Shown here: positions 53,501 through 64,000 of the stretch, in pieces
Numbering within the stretch: position 1 is the first letter of the stretch
How the letters are laid out: every line of letters begins with the position of its first letter
The notes under the pieces: model-generated
The model's input: only the letters and a program-made list of their open reading frames with translations
What the model was told of the DNA's origin: nothing
The model's database searches: none
Translations under genes and position numbers: made by a program
Assembly: GCA_001643675.2 (NCBI GenBank)
Contig: LSRY02000021.1
Coordinates: forward strand, 1,302,001-1,366,000
Reading direction: 5' to 3'
Source: Monocercomonoides exilis PA203
Taxonomy: Eukaryota; Protista; Preaxostyla
DNA: 64,000 bases

Positions 53501-55389
53501 TCAACTGATGATATTTCGCATTCCTCCATTGTCAATGATCCATCGCCATCCATCACCACAAATGGCTTGCTTGTCCCACTCTCTGCATCCCCTTGCAGCA
53601 TTGTCACTTTCTGAACACAAAAGGTTCCAGATGAAATTTGAAAAACTGATTCAAGCGATGATGCTGATTGCACAACACATTCATTCTTTGACAATCCACA
53701 AACGCTGAATTCATTGGATGAAATTGATATTTGTTCTTCTTTGAACACACTTGGTCGCAGGATGAGAGTTTTGTTCGAATTGCTTGTTGATCTTCCGAGC
53801 GAATATTTGATAGAGCGACAAAAAGGGGCAAAACCACACTGCTCATGATCAATGCCAACTGAATAGTCAGCTGTTATTTGATAATTATTCTCATTATTGG
53901 TCATCCACGAACTCAGATCTGATATATCAGTGCAAGTGTAATCACCGTTTTTGCATCTTGTGATTCTCGGGGAAGCACTTGAAGAATAGCAATCAGTAAT
54001 GTTGTTTTCATCAATCGTCATCCACTGATGATAACATCCAATGTGAATATCATGTCCGTAAGCATTATTTTTTGCTGTATTGTTATGGAAAAGACAATAT
54101 TTAATGTTTATTGAAGGATTATTAAGTTCTTCTTCTTCTGCGAAGAATATACAAGGAGCATAATTCCCACTTTTGCAATTCTGCATCGAACAATTTGAAA
54201 TCAATATAAATGTGCTTACGCGCCATATATGAGTAACTGCTGAATATGCTTCTGAGCTTGCATTGTCGAAAACACATGAAACAACGATGCATGGATTCTT
54301 ATTGCATGCAGCCCAATAAAAACATGTTTTGCTGTTTGAAGAACAATTGATCATCGAAGTCACATTTATCACTCCAGAATCAATATCCCCACATTGAAAT
54401 CCTCCTGTTTCTCCTGGAGACGAACATTTGCACACATAACAATTTTCAGAAACAAATATCCCATTTGAATGATACATAGCAACAGCACCACAACCGATTT
54501 TTGAAGAGCATTCCAAGAATGAACAACGGTGAAGTATTATTGATGCATTTCCCTCTGCTTGCAAGGCGCCACCAGCTTCATCACTCTGAACATTGAATGT
54601 GCCATCGTCAAACACATTTTCTCCTTCTGTGAAAATTTGTCTTTTGTTATAAGTTGTGAAGCATTTCAAAAACGAACAATTTCCACTTCGAAAAGAGATC
54701 ATCGCAGGCGAAAGAATGCCTCCAGAATATGGACTTTCACAACCAATCATCTCCGTTCTTTCCACCAGGACTCGGTCAGAGCATCCATTTCCATTGTCGC
54801 ACTTTTTCATTGATTTTGGCAAAGTGATATTTTCGAACAAAGAATCCGATACAGATATTGATGAAAGACAACTTGAAGAAAGAAATGGCTCATTTCCATG
54901 AACTTCAAATGATGAAATCCTTGAAGAAGACAAGCACAATTCACCACAATGATGAAGAACTTCCTTTGAACGATGTGCAATCAAAGACGATAATTGGCGA
55001 TCATGAACCACAAAATTGATTGAAATATTGCTGAGACATATTCGGCCTGCAGAACAGCCAAGCAGATTTTTTGATTGTGGATGGACTGAAAACGAACAAC
55101 AGCAAATATCCAGTCTCGAATGTGAATCAACTGATGCAAAATACTTCTCCATGTTCATGAAATATGAAAGTGTAGACAAGTTAATTGTTGAATTCTGGAC
55201 AACAAAAAATGAATGATCATTTTCCGCTTCACCTTGCATGCTCTTTTCTTTGTTTGTCTGCTCAAATGATAATCCTTGATTATCTGAACTCAAAATTGTT
55301 GTTGAACAACAACAAAATTCAATTCCATCAATGTTGTTTCCAGAAACCAACAAACAAAATAAGAGGCACCCTATAATGAGCAAATTCAT
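47536..55389 (-). CDS. Type I membrane receptor-like protein: signal peptide, tandem beta-helix modules, TM helix, cytoplasmic TKL-like pseudokinase, 2617 aa
   Basis: N-terminal MNLLIIGCLLFCLLVSG, GGA(I/L)/F..C repeats, four G.D...CG....C.S(I/V) module starts and TM IWPIIVIIMAVILVIVLIVSIVVTI. Kinase C-lobe RWKAPELL, VVFSIGMMVWECLTLQIPF, IANGERP and RPTLQEL is present, but no HRD or DFG motif. Confidence 0.85.
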   Translation of the reverse strand: MNLLIIGCLLFCLLVSGNNIDGIEFCCCSTTILSSDNQGLSFEQTNKEKSMQGEAENDHSFFVVQNSTINLSTLSYFMNMEKYFASVDSHSRLDICCCSFSVHPQSKNLLGCSAGRICLSNISINFVVHDRQLSSLIAHRSKEVLHHCGELCLSSSRISSFEVHGNEPFLSSSCLSSISVSDSLFENITLPKSMKKCDNGNGCSDRVLVERTEMIGCESPYSGGILSPAMISFRSGNCSFLKCFTTYNKRQIFTEGENVFDDGTFNVQSDEAGGALQAEGNASIILHRCSFLECSSKIGCGAVAMYHSNGIFVSENCYVCKCSSPGETGGFQCGDIDSGVINVTSMINCSSNSKTCFYWAACNKNPCIVVSCVFDNASSEAYSAVTHIWRVSTFILISNCSMQNCKSGNYAPCIFFAEEEELNNPSINIKYCLFHNNTAKNNAYGHDIHIGCYHQWMTIDENNITDCYSSSASPRITRCKNGDYTCTDISDLSSWMTNNENNYQITADYSVGIDHEQCGFAPFCRSIKYSLGRSTSNSNKTLILRPSVFKEEQISISSNEFSVCGLSKNECVVQSASSLESVFQISSGTFCVQKVTMLQGDAESGTSKPFVVMDGDGSLTMEECEISSVDSKLLLEVSFMQIFGGNVELSGVGISDMNFISDSLISFNVNQSGSVLHVVNTNITSIQRESGSGGIIERNDASSGSVVVENCHFENVSAGKDGGGLGMRGEWKGELIVNGTTMFEGCCAGSLEEKGRGGGLFINVDSTESDFTIYESVIFSEENPNRAFHGSDVFVQCGSGLLLEEIIDQASFGFFKDGNCMNNEEKLCGCEDGTSLPVIPLCVYLCDFESPISVDERSGADHSHCGYSVFCCSTIDFCVRERVNELVNAMEVISSASIKNPFVVPLFQTSQISISSSSASSSSSQYPLVNVGLTDNISTDCHNVIQCSGSFSLSFLSFALPRVLPSSISSIIQSSIFLSLSNISIVFSADTLASSVAFSLIHVSGGELELTGLVVSEDITFAELSPINVNGASRVAVEGCTLTEMANEGGSGGCVKVETSGGGTISIKNTNISSKCKNEEGLRGGGMMILIGSGGSLEMKNVNLSECEVPSVDIEDGGKGMGGGMFVALPEEIEKFVMEGMTFEGCNAWKGKNLFVSGWDLREVVNKDHLKWEMSSEELESLDELCGWEGMTTGEEYEIPLVVYLWSNWSGKGFVSKEKGGGFSGCGYSEAPCSSIDHMIKMRFSPVGLEKSIIKVEGSASLKHSVSLLPSKPSDENRPLISVEGGDEAVHLFVSGDGDSSDDGSLISNSVNASFSNLIIDLPSRYEFHKSFIRSVYSVSFSLCRFIPSDTLSPSSSSLCVLDIAEGDVSLEHCALATLSLANPFLRLSANFHSAHMHNTSFINSSVSSDSFISVFPTGLHSNQLALGDSPDLPVDCPSMNMTSVTVENVSRTEEGSVFLGVDEFAGLKCGMENCTFWNCLSRQSNRGGGLMMHMKNEESSLGVKNCTFVLCACSESTGRGGGMMLDFCDPDAPFQTPSKPLLLHVASVQFMMNSAFMGKDVFINCHSIGEQINETLFALDFSQPSLRMNTSICGSDSAHSDIDLIPLITFLYTPQVFVSMESEDSNQCGKQDNPCRSVSHGVRHVQAGLFNAICVDSSSVVAEPTVVSDLTLKSITKHQSAIHFNSSIEEESEGSWIMLFENECLVEDCLFSFDEHFSAEHTAIMKQLNGSLAFSGCTLQSSSVESTLNSSVIVVEGGVFEMEKSSICVMGTAQPLFLFKGGSAATLNQIEISTIKTTATAMIVESSASVNIMQLAASDIRLCGENFISLAKGKNQHVNEKDAGERVVLQMGISSFSNITSSSSSSSNSHVVESACEKTRSQLLNCSFERCFTPSEKGSLVEISSGASLSLQSCELIGCEDEHQSEKNGADEDVCKWTGSVVDVCEGLLEMKDTSITNSSKGGLSISGGSAVIESCLFENNSKRIERYRSARRNVFCTGSGTLNVVDLKGGDGWERNTSLWILNEGCKLLGIAAERSSEFFIPTLKSVETTQKEDTVELTFRGTLLLPCNLGFQIVSKINNVSSIETHAFAEDEFVSEEEVQGKIGSSLVSSAPTEAEVAVCILFGNVSNPSSTESFVLKNKSESEPKGDEKIVEGGKKEKSIWPIIVIIMAVILVIVLIVSIVVTIRWRKVKNEAKDLREIVNDTVRKDPKLIEMVTMEMSPEEQWRRAEREAEKKNEERMKKRVYEKSLGHSESSEHLLSESGSTEYILGRDSDKIPEWMLEKVDEKEEEEEETRKRTPSPSISSTSTTDTSDTESTFVRGEDLCPTTSSMSNLVDAMACSSPHEKLIVDLRDSMFMLLHGRNKTKEMAIGTLQEREQTAAQILFWVANLALHSFDEMNNPLQSLANLSPHIVLFSEHMVICIALHSDCSSDDSDSSSISSTTTIATSSSDCSCANGNGRGSPPPSSAFEDEDDFRKECMRWKAPELLSGAKGHATKKTVVFSIGMMVWECLTLQIPFGEYEAEAAGQKIANGERPTLCSCEGISLGQTACAAMSQQPHSRPTLQELKKAFIALFPPASAMLTASDAIDLVDATGIPPPSALPASAVSETLTSF

Positions 55390-57313
55390 AGAATGTTGAG
55401 AATCAATAATTTTATTATGGTTCTGAAAGAATTATCTCAATTATTGTTTGTTTCAATAAAAAAGTTTTTCTCTTTCAAATCGAGAATTTGACAATCTCAG
55501 CCCAATTAGATCATGAGCAGTTGTAATCAAAGAAAAAGATAGATGAATATTTGATTGTGGAAGAATAGATTGTGAAATTACCAATTCATCAATGATCCAA
55601 ATGAACAAATTCCAATCAATTCCTTCTGCACGAATCTGTATCTGTGAATTAACTAATAAATAATAGAATTCCGTTCAAAGAGCACTTCAAATTAATCTCT
55701 GTTGTGGTGGTTGAAAAACATTCCAAAAAAAAATCAGAAGATAGATTTTTTGTTTGTGAATATCTTCCGATGTTTCATTCATCAGTTTTATTGGTTCTTG
55801 AAAACGTTATCAACAGAATTTCACATGCGTTTGAACCACATCTCCAAAAAAGTCGTTGAAGAAGAAAAGTTGAAAGAACATGGTAGCCGAATAAATGAAT
55901 TAGAGAAAATGCGCTCACAAATGGAATACATCAGAAGTTCAGTGAATTCCTCATATGAGTTCAATTCGAGGTATTTTTTAATATTCATTAATATTTGCAT
56001 TTCAAGAATATATTTTTCTGTTTTGATCATTCCTCATTATGAAAGTGTTGAATTTGAAAAATATTGAAATTGCCAAATGTGAGCAGCTGAAGTTTGTCCT
56101 GTTTTAATTAAGCTGAAAACATCTTCTTTTGTTGATTGGGCATCTTCACAATCATGGCTTTGTGTGCTGGATGCATTCACCAACGGTCTTGTGAAAATGA
56201 AAATTAAGATTGTCATTCTTTTCAATGTGCAAACTGTTCTCCAACACCTGTGGTTATCGTGTGTTGAGATAATGAAAGAGCTTGATGATGTCATTTTCAT
56301 GTGATGTGCAATGTGTTCTGTTTTTTTGAGTGTCAATGAATGAGAACTTACAAATGCGAACTCTTTGCAAATCCATCAAATGAACTGCGGAAATGATGCG
56401 AAATCAGATGCACGACACGCATTTATTCGGACCAAGTGTGTGGTTTGAACCAATCGCTTTTGTTATTCCTTGACGCCCAAATTTCACAGCGAGCACAGTC
56501 AAGTGTTTTTCACAACCATATTCTATTATTAGATGAATTGCACAATTTTTGTATAATTGTGAAATTATTGAAATAATTTGAAATTCGTTTATGTTATTTT
56601 GAAATAATCAAGTAATTTTGAAATTTTTCAGAAAAATTGAAAATAAGGCAGTTATTTTAAGTTCCACCAACAAATTTCAAGTTTTATAAAATTGTGGGAA
56701 GATCTCATATTTTTCACAGTATTTTTTGCACATTCGAAAATAGCTGTTTATTTGTCACAACTGTTATTAAATATTTAATATTCAATTATCAGAACATTTA
56801 CCAACAAATTTTTCGAAATAAATCCTTTTTCGTATTTTTGTGAAAATCGTTAAGAAAAAAAATATTATTCAGCGTTTTCTACGATTATTGAAATGTTTCC
56901 ATGAACAATAAATGATTGTTCTTATTTAAAACATTTCAAAAATTTAATATTAAATGGTTAAATATTACTGATTTGCAAAAATCAACAGAATACATCAAAT
57001 ATCAAAAAAGAGAGCTATTTAAATTTAAGAACATTTCAAATATTGATGTTATGCACAATAATGAATATTTCCTGGAGAAAAAAATGTCACTGTTTCTTGT
57101 AAAACAAGGCAAAAAAACTGAAAAAGAAAATCAAATTAGATTTCGATAATGCATGCTCATTATACAATTCTATTAACAATAAAAACACTATTCAAAGCTT
57201 TTTGCAAATCTTATTGTTTCTTCGTTTTCCTCTTATTCTACTTCTCAATATATCATTTTTTTAATCTTCAAAACTTATTTGATCCATTTCTCTTGTTTAT
57301 TTCAATGTGAATT

Positions 57314-58270
57314 TCATCGCCTCCTTTCTGCCTTCCAAAAAAATTCATCAAAGCCTAATCGTCTATTCTGCTTCCACTTAAATAACTCTGCAAACTCCAT
57401 TCTATAAAAAACAGTCAAAGAAGAAGATTCCTTCAGAAGAATCACTTCCCATCCCTTGTTGATGTATTGCCTTCTTCTTCTCTCCATTTCCTCCAAAACA
57501 ACATCACATCAACGCATCCACTTCCCAATCTGACCATTCTCCCAACCAAAAAAAATCTATTTTCATTCTTTTTCTATCTCCTTTGAAAGGTACCTTCCCA
57601 TAGTCAGCCCCTCATCTCGTTCCATCCCTGTCGCACCTCTGTCTCCACACCCCCAATGCAAAGTGCTGCGTTCAATGTTCCTTCTTCCTCTCTTCCTCCA
57701 CCTCAGCCTCCATCCCCAACCCAGAAAATGAGAGGCGCGTCTAAACCGTTCATCTAATAAAAAAAAAAATCAAAATAAAAAATTCTTCCTCACATTTTTC
57801 CCCCTTCAACCCCACTTCTCTTTCTTATTAAACACTCACTCACAAATACTCTTTCTCTTGCTCCACCTCATTCGCCTCCTCCCTTTCTCTGCATTTAAAA
57901 AATAACATCTCCTCCCCATTCCTTTTCCATATCTCTCCATTTCCGATCCAACTCTAATCCTCCCCTCCAATAAATATACTCCATTCACTCCGCCCATCTT
58001 CTTCCCTTCTTATCTTCCATCTCATCTTACCTCCTCAACATCAAATTCCATTTCTCCAATAATTAACACAACACCCACTCCTTTCAAATAACATAAATCT
58101 CAAAAACAACTATACAGCTTCATTTCAATCCATCTCCAACACATACATTTCCACAACAAAACTCCACAAAAATGCCTGTTTCTCTCCCCAAAAAACCCCT
58201 CACACTCTCCATTCAACTTTAAAACCCTGTTTCTCCCTAACCACTCAAATCCTTCCTAAAGCACAATAAA
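57314..58270 (-). pseudogene. Decayed purine-rich coding relic, possibly the inverted C-terminal part of an IQCH-like gene
   Basis: Minus strand reads ...RHFCGVLLW...LYSCF*DLCYLKGVG...EFDVEE..., reminiscent of the IQCH C-terminal YS.FF.LCRLKG..FD motif. Many stops and frameshifts. Confidence 0.35.
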
Positions 58271-58289
58271 TCCATTCTTTTGTAATCAC

Positions 58290-60145
58290 GTTGTCTTCAT
58301 ATGTCATTTCAGCCACAGCGCATCGTGTTGTGCCCCTTTTCTGAATCTGCCCCAAATCTGTTATGGAGACGATCAAACCAAGCCAACTTCAACAAAAGTG
58401 GCACAACCACCCGCAGAGCGGAAGTTCCATGCACTCAAAATGTGGCTGCTGGAATAGGTAAGTTTTATGCAGCGATGAGGCCAATAGGATTGCAACTGTA
58501 TTTTTCTGAGGGAAGTGAACGCTGAATAATCTGATTGTTGGAAGGTGTGTTGGAGCACGAGCTTCCACAATACCACCAAATAGAGGCGCAGTATGTGCTT
58601 TAATTTTTTGTTTGTGTTAACTGATGAATTTAATTCTTATTTTCATCTTCATAATTGAAAAGGTGTGATGATATTGTTCGAAATGGACAAATAACAGATT
58701 CATTTGATGAGTGAGGAGTGAAAAGCAACTGAGAGGTCACTATTTCAGAAATATGAGGGAAGTGAAGCAAAGGAAGGATATAATGATTACATGTTTTTGA
58801 AAAAATATGGAAGAAAAAAATGAGTCAATACGAATTAGAAAGAGCTTGAAGCAGAAGCAGGAGGAAAAGGAGAAGAGGAAGAAAAACATGAAGAAGAAGA
58901 AGATGATGATGATGAAAGAGATGAATGAGGAAGCAAATAGTTGATTATTGGGTGAAGAATAAAAAGAAAAAAAAGGATTTGATGACTTGAAGACGACACA
59001 CAAGAATTTCTTGTTTTCTGGTTGAATGATTGAAAATCAGTCACATTTGAAGGAAGAATTTATTATATTGTTTCAAAAATTGAATTTGACGTGTTTGGCA
59101 GCAAAAGGGTTCCTAAAACGGAAGATTAGAATTCTGAAGATGAAGCGATGGAAGGGAAATGGCAGATGAGAAGTTGAGGCGGAAGAGGAAGAAAAGAAAA
59201 AGAAGAAGAAGAGGAGGAGGAGGAGGAAGAAGAAGAGGAAGTTGTTGTTGTTGGAATAAATCCTGGATTGATTATCAAGTTGGTGCAATTCCTGGATTGG
59301 AAAATGTATTTGGTGAAGACAAAGCATTAACAGAAGAGGGGGAAGAAGAATTTGAAGAAGAAGAATTTTGTGAAGAAGAAATAGAAGAAGAAGAAGAAGA
59401 AGAGGAAGAAGAAGGTGAAAAAGATGTTGAAGAAGAAGAAGAAGGTGATTGAGGAGGAGAAGAGGAAAGAGAAGAAGAGGAAGAGGAAGAGGAAGAAGGA
59501 GAAGGTGAAAAAATTGATGATAATGTCCAATCCCTGGAGGAGAATTATTTGCAAAGTTTTCCTGTGAATGTGAGGCATGAGATTGTTGAAGGAGAATGAA
59601 CGAATGGGAGATGGCGGGACAATCTTATAATGGTGAAGGTGAAGGAGGAGCTGGTGGAGCTGTGTGTAGAGCGGGAGCGGATTGTTGGGAAGCCAGTTGT
59701 GGAAGGGATAATACAGCCGGACGGGACGATGAGCATCACGTTTATTGGGGAGAGGCTGTTTGGGAGGAGAGAGAGAAGAGAAGGGGGTATGGGTGGGGAT
59801 AAGTGTGAGCGTTTGGCATGTGATGGGGTGACGTTGCATTTGAGCTCGGACAGGCAGAGAGAGAGGATGGACGAGTTTGTTGCGATAGGGGCGGTTGTGC
59901 CGCAGGAAAGTGTGCCGTCGATTGCTCTGCGGGATGCGACGTATGCGATTGGGCAAGTGTGCCACGGGAAAGGGATGATTGGGGTGTTTAGTGTTTCGTA
60001 TTGTGTGTTTGTGGACGAGTGGGAGTCGCTGCGGATGTGTGCGGTGGATCTTTCGGTGGGTCCGCTGGCAGCATCGTCGGCGTTCCGTTGGATGTCGTAT
60101 CTGCTGCAGGGGGGCATCGAGATCGCGTCTGGAAACTACCTCCTT
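58290..60145 (+). pseudogene. IQCH: IQCH-like (IQ-motif-containing H, ATP-grasp-like) pseudogene
   Basis: Frame from 59630: IVGKPVVEGIIQPDGTMSIT...GAVVPQESVPSIALRDATYAIGQVCHGKGMIGVFSVSYCVFVDEWESLRMCAVDL...SAFRWMSYLLQG. This matches the recalled IQCH motif G.P...FIEPDG.V..PQTSVP..AL..A..A.G..C..KG.IG....DFV.F......WAVDLN. The upstream part is interrupted by stops and poly-Glu tracts. Confidence 0.6.
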
Positions 60146-60886
60146 CCGCGCCGCTGCGGCACAGCCGCTTTGCATGTGCGTGCTCCGTCCTCTGATTCTG
60201 CGCATTCTGCCTGTGCTCGGCCTCAGGGCTGTTCGAGCGGAGCACACAGGTCGGACTCGCCGCTCCATGTGGCAGGTGTGGAGAGAAAGTGTCTTCTCAA
60301 TCGTAGTTTGTCCCCGCTGATTCCTCTGAACAAGCATGTTCATGTCTCTCTCCAATGGCGACACACAGCTTTGTGGTGGTGCAGTTGTTCTACTAGCCTG
60401 AGCTGTCGCTTGTTCAGCTTGAGTTATTCTTTCCGAACGGTCAGGAGCATAATATTACGTTTGACTTTGTAGAGAAGTTCGGTATTCTGTTCCAGCTGAT
60501 CGGGTATCTCATCGCGGTGGAAGTGGGGTTTGTAGTGTGCGAGCTGTAGGCGTTGCTTGCAGCGTGAACAGCAGCGCGAGCACCTGAAATAATGGATACT
60601 CAAAGAACAACTCAATATTCATTCGCTTTTCCTTTTTCTCACGCATTTGTGTCTATCTCTTTCTTTTCTCATTAACAACTTGCATATTCCTAATAATTCT
60701 TTCAATTCCATAAAAAGCAAATTCAAAATGCCTATAATGAAACTTTAATTGTAAAAGAATGTGTAAATAACGAAATATTTAGATGACATTTGCTCTGTTC
60801 ACATTATCCATTAATAATTCTTGATAAAAAATATTAATCAACTTTGTAGAAACTTATATTAATGTGGAGTGTCAGCTTCCAGCTGA

Positions 60887-62036
60887 TTAGTTCAGCGCGC
60901 TTATCCTCAGCTCTCCTGCTCCAGTAATCGCAAACATCTTTGATCCGCGATTATTAGATTGAGCTGAGTTGTGCACAAGAACAAAGTCCCTTGTAGTCAA
61001 GGTGCCTGTCGAATCAGAAAAAAGAGACAGCCCAGATGCTCCTAATTCTGTTCGGATTACTGTGCTCATATCACTTTGGCCATAAGCAGTAAAACTGTCT
61101 GATCCACAATCAAAACTATTTGTTTCGATTATTGTTCCTGCGAGCATCCAGACATCCGTCACATAGTCAGAAATAAGTTAAGTCAAACAATGGGTGATTG
61201 TATTTCACGGATAGCTTTCATAGATCCAACTTGAAAAAGTGCATTTGGAATTTGTTTGTGCTGCAGTTGAAAAAACAAATCTGGTTCTTCCTCCAGCATT
61301 ATTAAGCCATTCACTTCTGTTAATGATTGAACCAGAGTTTGTGTTAACTCTGCTTGTTGTCTGTCTTGTTGAATAGCACGTGAAATCAATGTTGTTTGAT
61401 GTTGAATTGTGGAGAGCAATATCATGACCCCCTGCAACGCACGTGTTATTGTGGAAAAAACAATAGTAAAACAAAAATACCACTGTTATTCGTATCAATC
61501 AATATTTTGACAGCGCCTCCTCAGCACATGGAATAACAATTGCAGAATTGGTAGTTTGAAATTACAACTTGACACACATGACCCCAATGTTCTATGGAAC
61601 CTCCAATGCCGTTAAATGAGCTATTGCACCTGTAGTTTTCTTAAAAGGAACCCGCAACGCAGTGCTTTTGTTTTTGAGCAGTTTCTTGATGAAAACTAAT
61701 TCCTCCTCCATTGTCTCCAGAAGAGTAATTTTGAAAGGAGCAATCATCAACAACTGGTTGGACATGAATGTTCTCAATCATTATTCCTGCACCACCAAAC
61801 TGTGTGGTTGTTGCAGCCGAACATTTGGTGAATGTTGAATGAAGCATTGTGTGTTCAGCGATTTTGAAGACAAATATTCCCCCACCTCTTGTGGAAGTAC
61901 CATTGCAGTTTGTGAATGAAGAATTCTCAACTGTGAAAGTTGCATTTTCGTTATCTTGCACATAAATAGCACCTCCTTGTGCTGTGCAGCCAACCCATCC
62001 GCACAATGAAAAGGATTGGCTTTCCATTGTGTCCAT
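60887..62036 (-). pseudogene. Beta-helix surface-protein family pseudogene (truncated, frameshifted)
   Basis: Fragments GGAIYVQDN..FTVENSSFTNC, GGGIF, FGGAGI and YCFFHNNT..GHDI..CYSTR..SRV..SEWL parallel YCLFHNNT..GHDIHI..CYSSS..PRI..SSWM in the 2617-aa gene. Split over several frames with internal stops. Confidence 0.75.
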
Positions 62037-62759
62037 TTTATTTTTCCTTGAATTTGATTATTATTCAATTCTATTTAACATTGATGAGAAAAATTTTTCA
62101 TTTGAATTGCTTTAACCAAGAAAAACAGTGAAAATGAAAGAATAAGTTATTTCAAATCTAAATAATTTTTCAAGGTAAAAAACTTGTGAAACACATTGCA
62201 CATCAAATATCTTGTTCAGATACTTTCATGATAAAATCCAACAACTCTTATTACACCAGATAATAAATTTTCGAATTGATCAAAAAACAACATTAAAAAT
62301 TTTCATGAAGAACTGATTTTTTTTAGGATGCTGAAGTTTTTCAAGATATTCTTTCTCATTTATGAATTTTTGAATATTGATGATTTATAATTGCAACGGA
62401 GTGTTTCATTCCTTTCTCCAATAGGTAAATATTTTTATCCTTGGCGACTTTTCAAAAAATGTGACCCTTTTCATTCATCCGTGAAAGAAATGAAATGAAA
62501 ACCTTCAAACTTTAATGATAATGTTTTAGAAGAGAGCAAAATTGGTTTCTTAAGCTTGTTTCAAAAAATCATAAATAATTTCCGAAAAGGATCGTTAATA
62601 TGTTTGTTTATTTAACATTAACAATAAAAACACAAGAGAATAATATGAAAATATGATTTAAATAACTTTGGTGCATGCATAATATATTTTAAGCATAGAA
62701 AAAATTCGTCTACCCGAGTTATTGCAAAATTCCCCAAAAATTTCAAAATTTCCATAGAC

Positions 62760-62809
62760 AATTTCAAAATTATTGGGTAATTTTGAAATAACCCAATAAT
62801 TTTGAAATT
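62760..62809. repeat. Hairpin with a 19-bp perfect stem, related to the TGGGTAATT..TTGAAA motif of the left-end repeats
   Basis: aatttcaaaattattgggt / acccaataattttgaaatt. Nearby ttggcgacttttcaaaaa (62441) matches 6154-6171 and resembles 1698-1714. Confidence 0.6.
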
Positions 62810-62954
62810 TTTTTTTATTTCACAATTCATCTATTCGATTCAGTTTTTTGTTTGTGTGAAAATTACAAAAATTGTTTTCTGCAACAATTATTTCAATCTC
62901 AGTTTCTCGTCTCTTTTTGCGATAGAAACAGTGTTAATATTTTTTCAATCCGGT

Positions 62955-63090
62955 ATTTTCTTTCTTTCTTTCTTTCTTTCTTTCTTTTTTTATTTTTTTC
63001 CTTTTTTCTTTCTTTCTTTTTAACATAATCATTTTTCATAGATAAATAAATAAATAAATAAATAGATAAATAAATAAATAAATAAAAAAA
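62955..63090. repeat. (TTTC)n and (TAAA)n microsatellites
   Basis: Read directly. Confidence 0.8.
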
Positions 63091-64000
63091 CATTTGAATC
63101 CATTCTTTTCCACAAACGGCAAAATAATTGTATTTGTGAAAATAAACAATGATTTGTATCTTCCTTTTCTGCTATTAATTCATTTTAAGTCTCATATTCA
63201 TATGTAATAAAATATAGGGTGGTTTTTTTAACCTTACATTTTTTTTTAATCCGGACATTTTTTTTATTGGCGTATCTCACTAAATAAAAACTAAAAACAA
63301 AAAAAGCATATTGCACCAGGTTTGAGCACGTATTAAATGTTCATACAAAAAGATTTTTTTGTCAATTTTTGTTTTTGATGAAGATCTTGAGAATTTTTAA
63401 TTTATTTTTGTACATTTGTTTTGCTCGTTTTTAATCGACTCTCTTTTTCTGTCAGTTTTTAGCTACTGGACCATGAATCATTCATAATTATCATATACAA
63501 TTTCAAATCTTTTTTGTTTTTTCTTATTTTTTTCACGAGTTTTTCGCATTTCATTGTTTTTGAAGAAAATTATAAAAAAACTCATATTTTCTCAACTGTT
63601 TTTTGTTCTTTCATTAAAAATATTAAAATTTAGTGCAAATTAGATAAAAATGCATTGCTACTCAAAATCGTTTGTCATATTTCATAAAATCAAAAACAAA
63701 ATGAGAAATTTTGTCAAAATGAAAAATCTATTTGTACTGTTTAAACAACAACATTTTATAAAAATTTCACATGGTATATATTTACTGCAAGTATTTATCT
63801 TTTTATGCACATCTCCAAAAACATCTAATAAATATTGTGTAGCTCATTATTTTCAGATTTTTGTAATTTTCTTTAAAAATAATGAAATGAGAAAAACTCG
63901 TGAAAAAATAAGAAAATTCGCAATAGAGCGAATCTACGAACGCAAGGAGCAGGTTTGCTCCTCAACATTGAGTCTTGATCACGATTTATGGGTTGTTTAA

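Noticed and set aside
55702-56500. Short ORFs upstream of the receptor gene
   Set aside because: They may be decayed exons, but there is no recognisable product or consistent gene model.
59327-60364. 345-aa minus-strand ORF
   Set aside because: Antisense shadow of the IQCH-like frame and poly-Glu tract (yields poly-Phe).

Overview
AT-rich eukaryotic genomic DNA with short GT-AG introns, the standard genetic code (intact genes end in TAA, TAG or TGA) and poly-Ser/poly-Glu-rich proteins. The gene families suggest a flagellated metamonad, most likely the oxymonad Monocercomonoides (inference from recalled families, no search run). Left 7 kb: nested inverted-repeat (MITE-like) DNA, then a dead Merlin/IS1595-type transposase lying between two 267-bp arms that differ at one base, with an intron-containing pogo-like (DD35D) element inserted at a TA. 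7-41.5 kb: host genes, namely a 3-exon lineage-specific helical protein, an intronless 4835-aa CFAP47, a divergent importin-alpha-like gene head-to-head with a small Ser/Thr-rich gene, a DUF1295 membrane protein, a ~1758-aa low-complexity protein and an 807-aa coiled-coil protein. 42.6-45.6 kb: a non-autonomous DNA transposon with 21-bp TIRs and an exact 8-bp TSD (hAT-like) that carries a fragment of a host beta-helix surface-protein gene, i.e. a Pack-type element. This is the most notable observation. 47.5-55.4 kb: an intact 2617-aa beta-helix/TM/pseudokinase receptor-like gene. Right end: a decayed, apparently rearranged IQCH-like pseudogene and a further beta-helix family pseudogene. No rRNA, tRNA or CRISPR array was seen.
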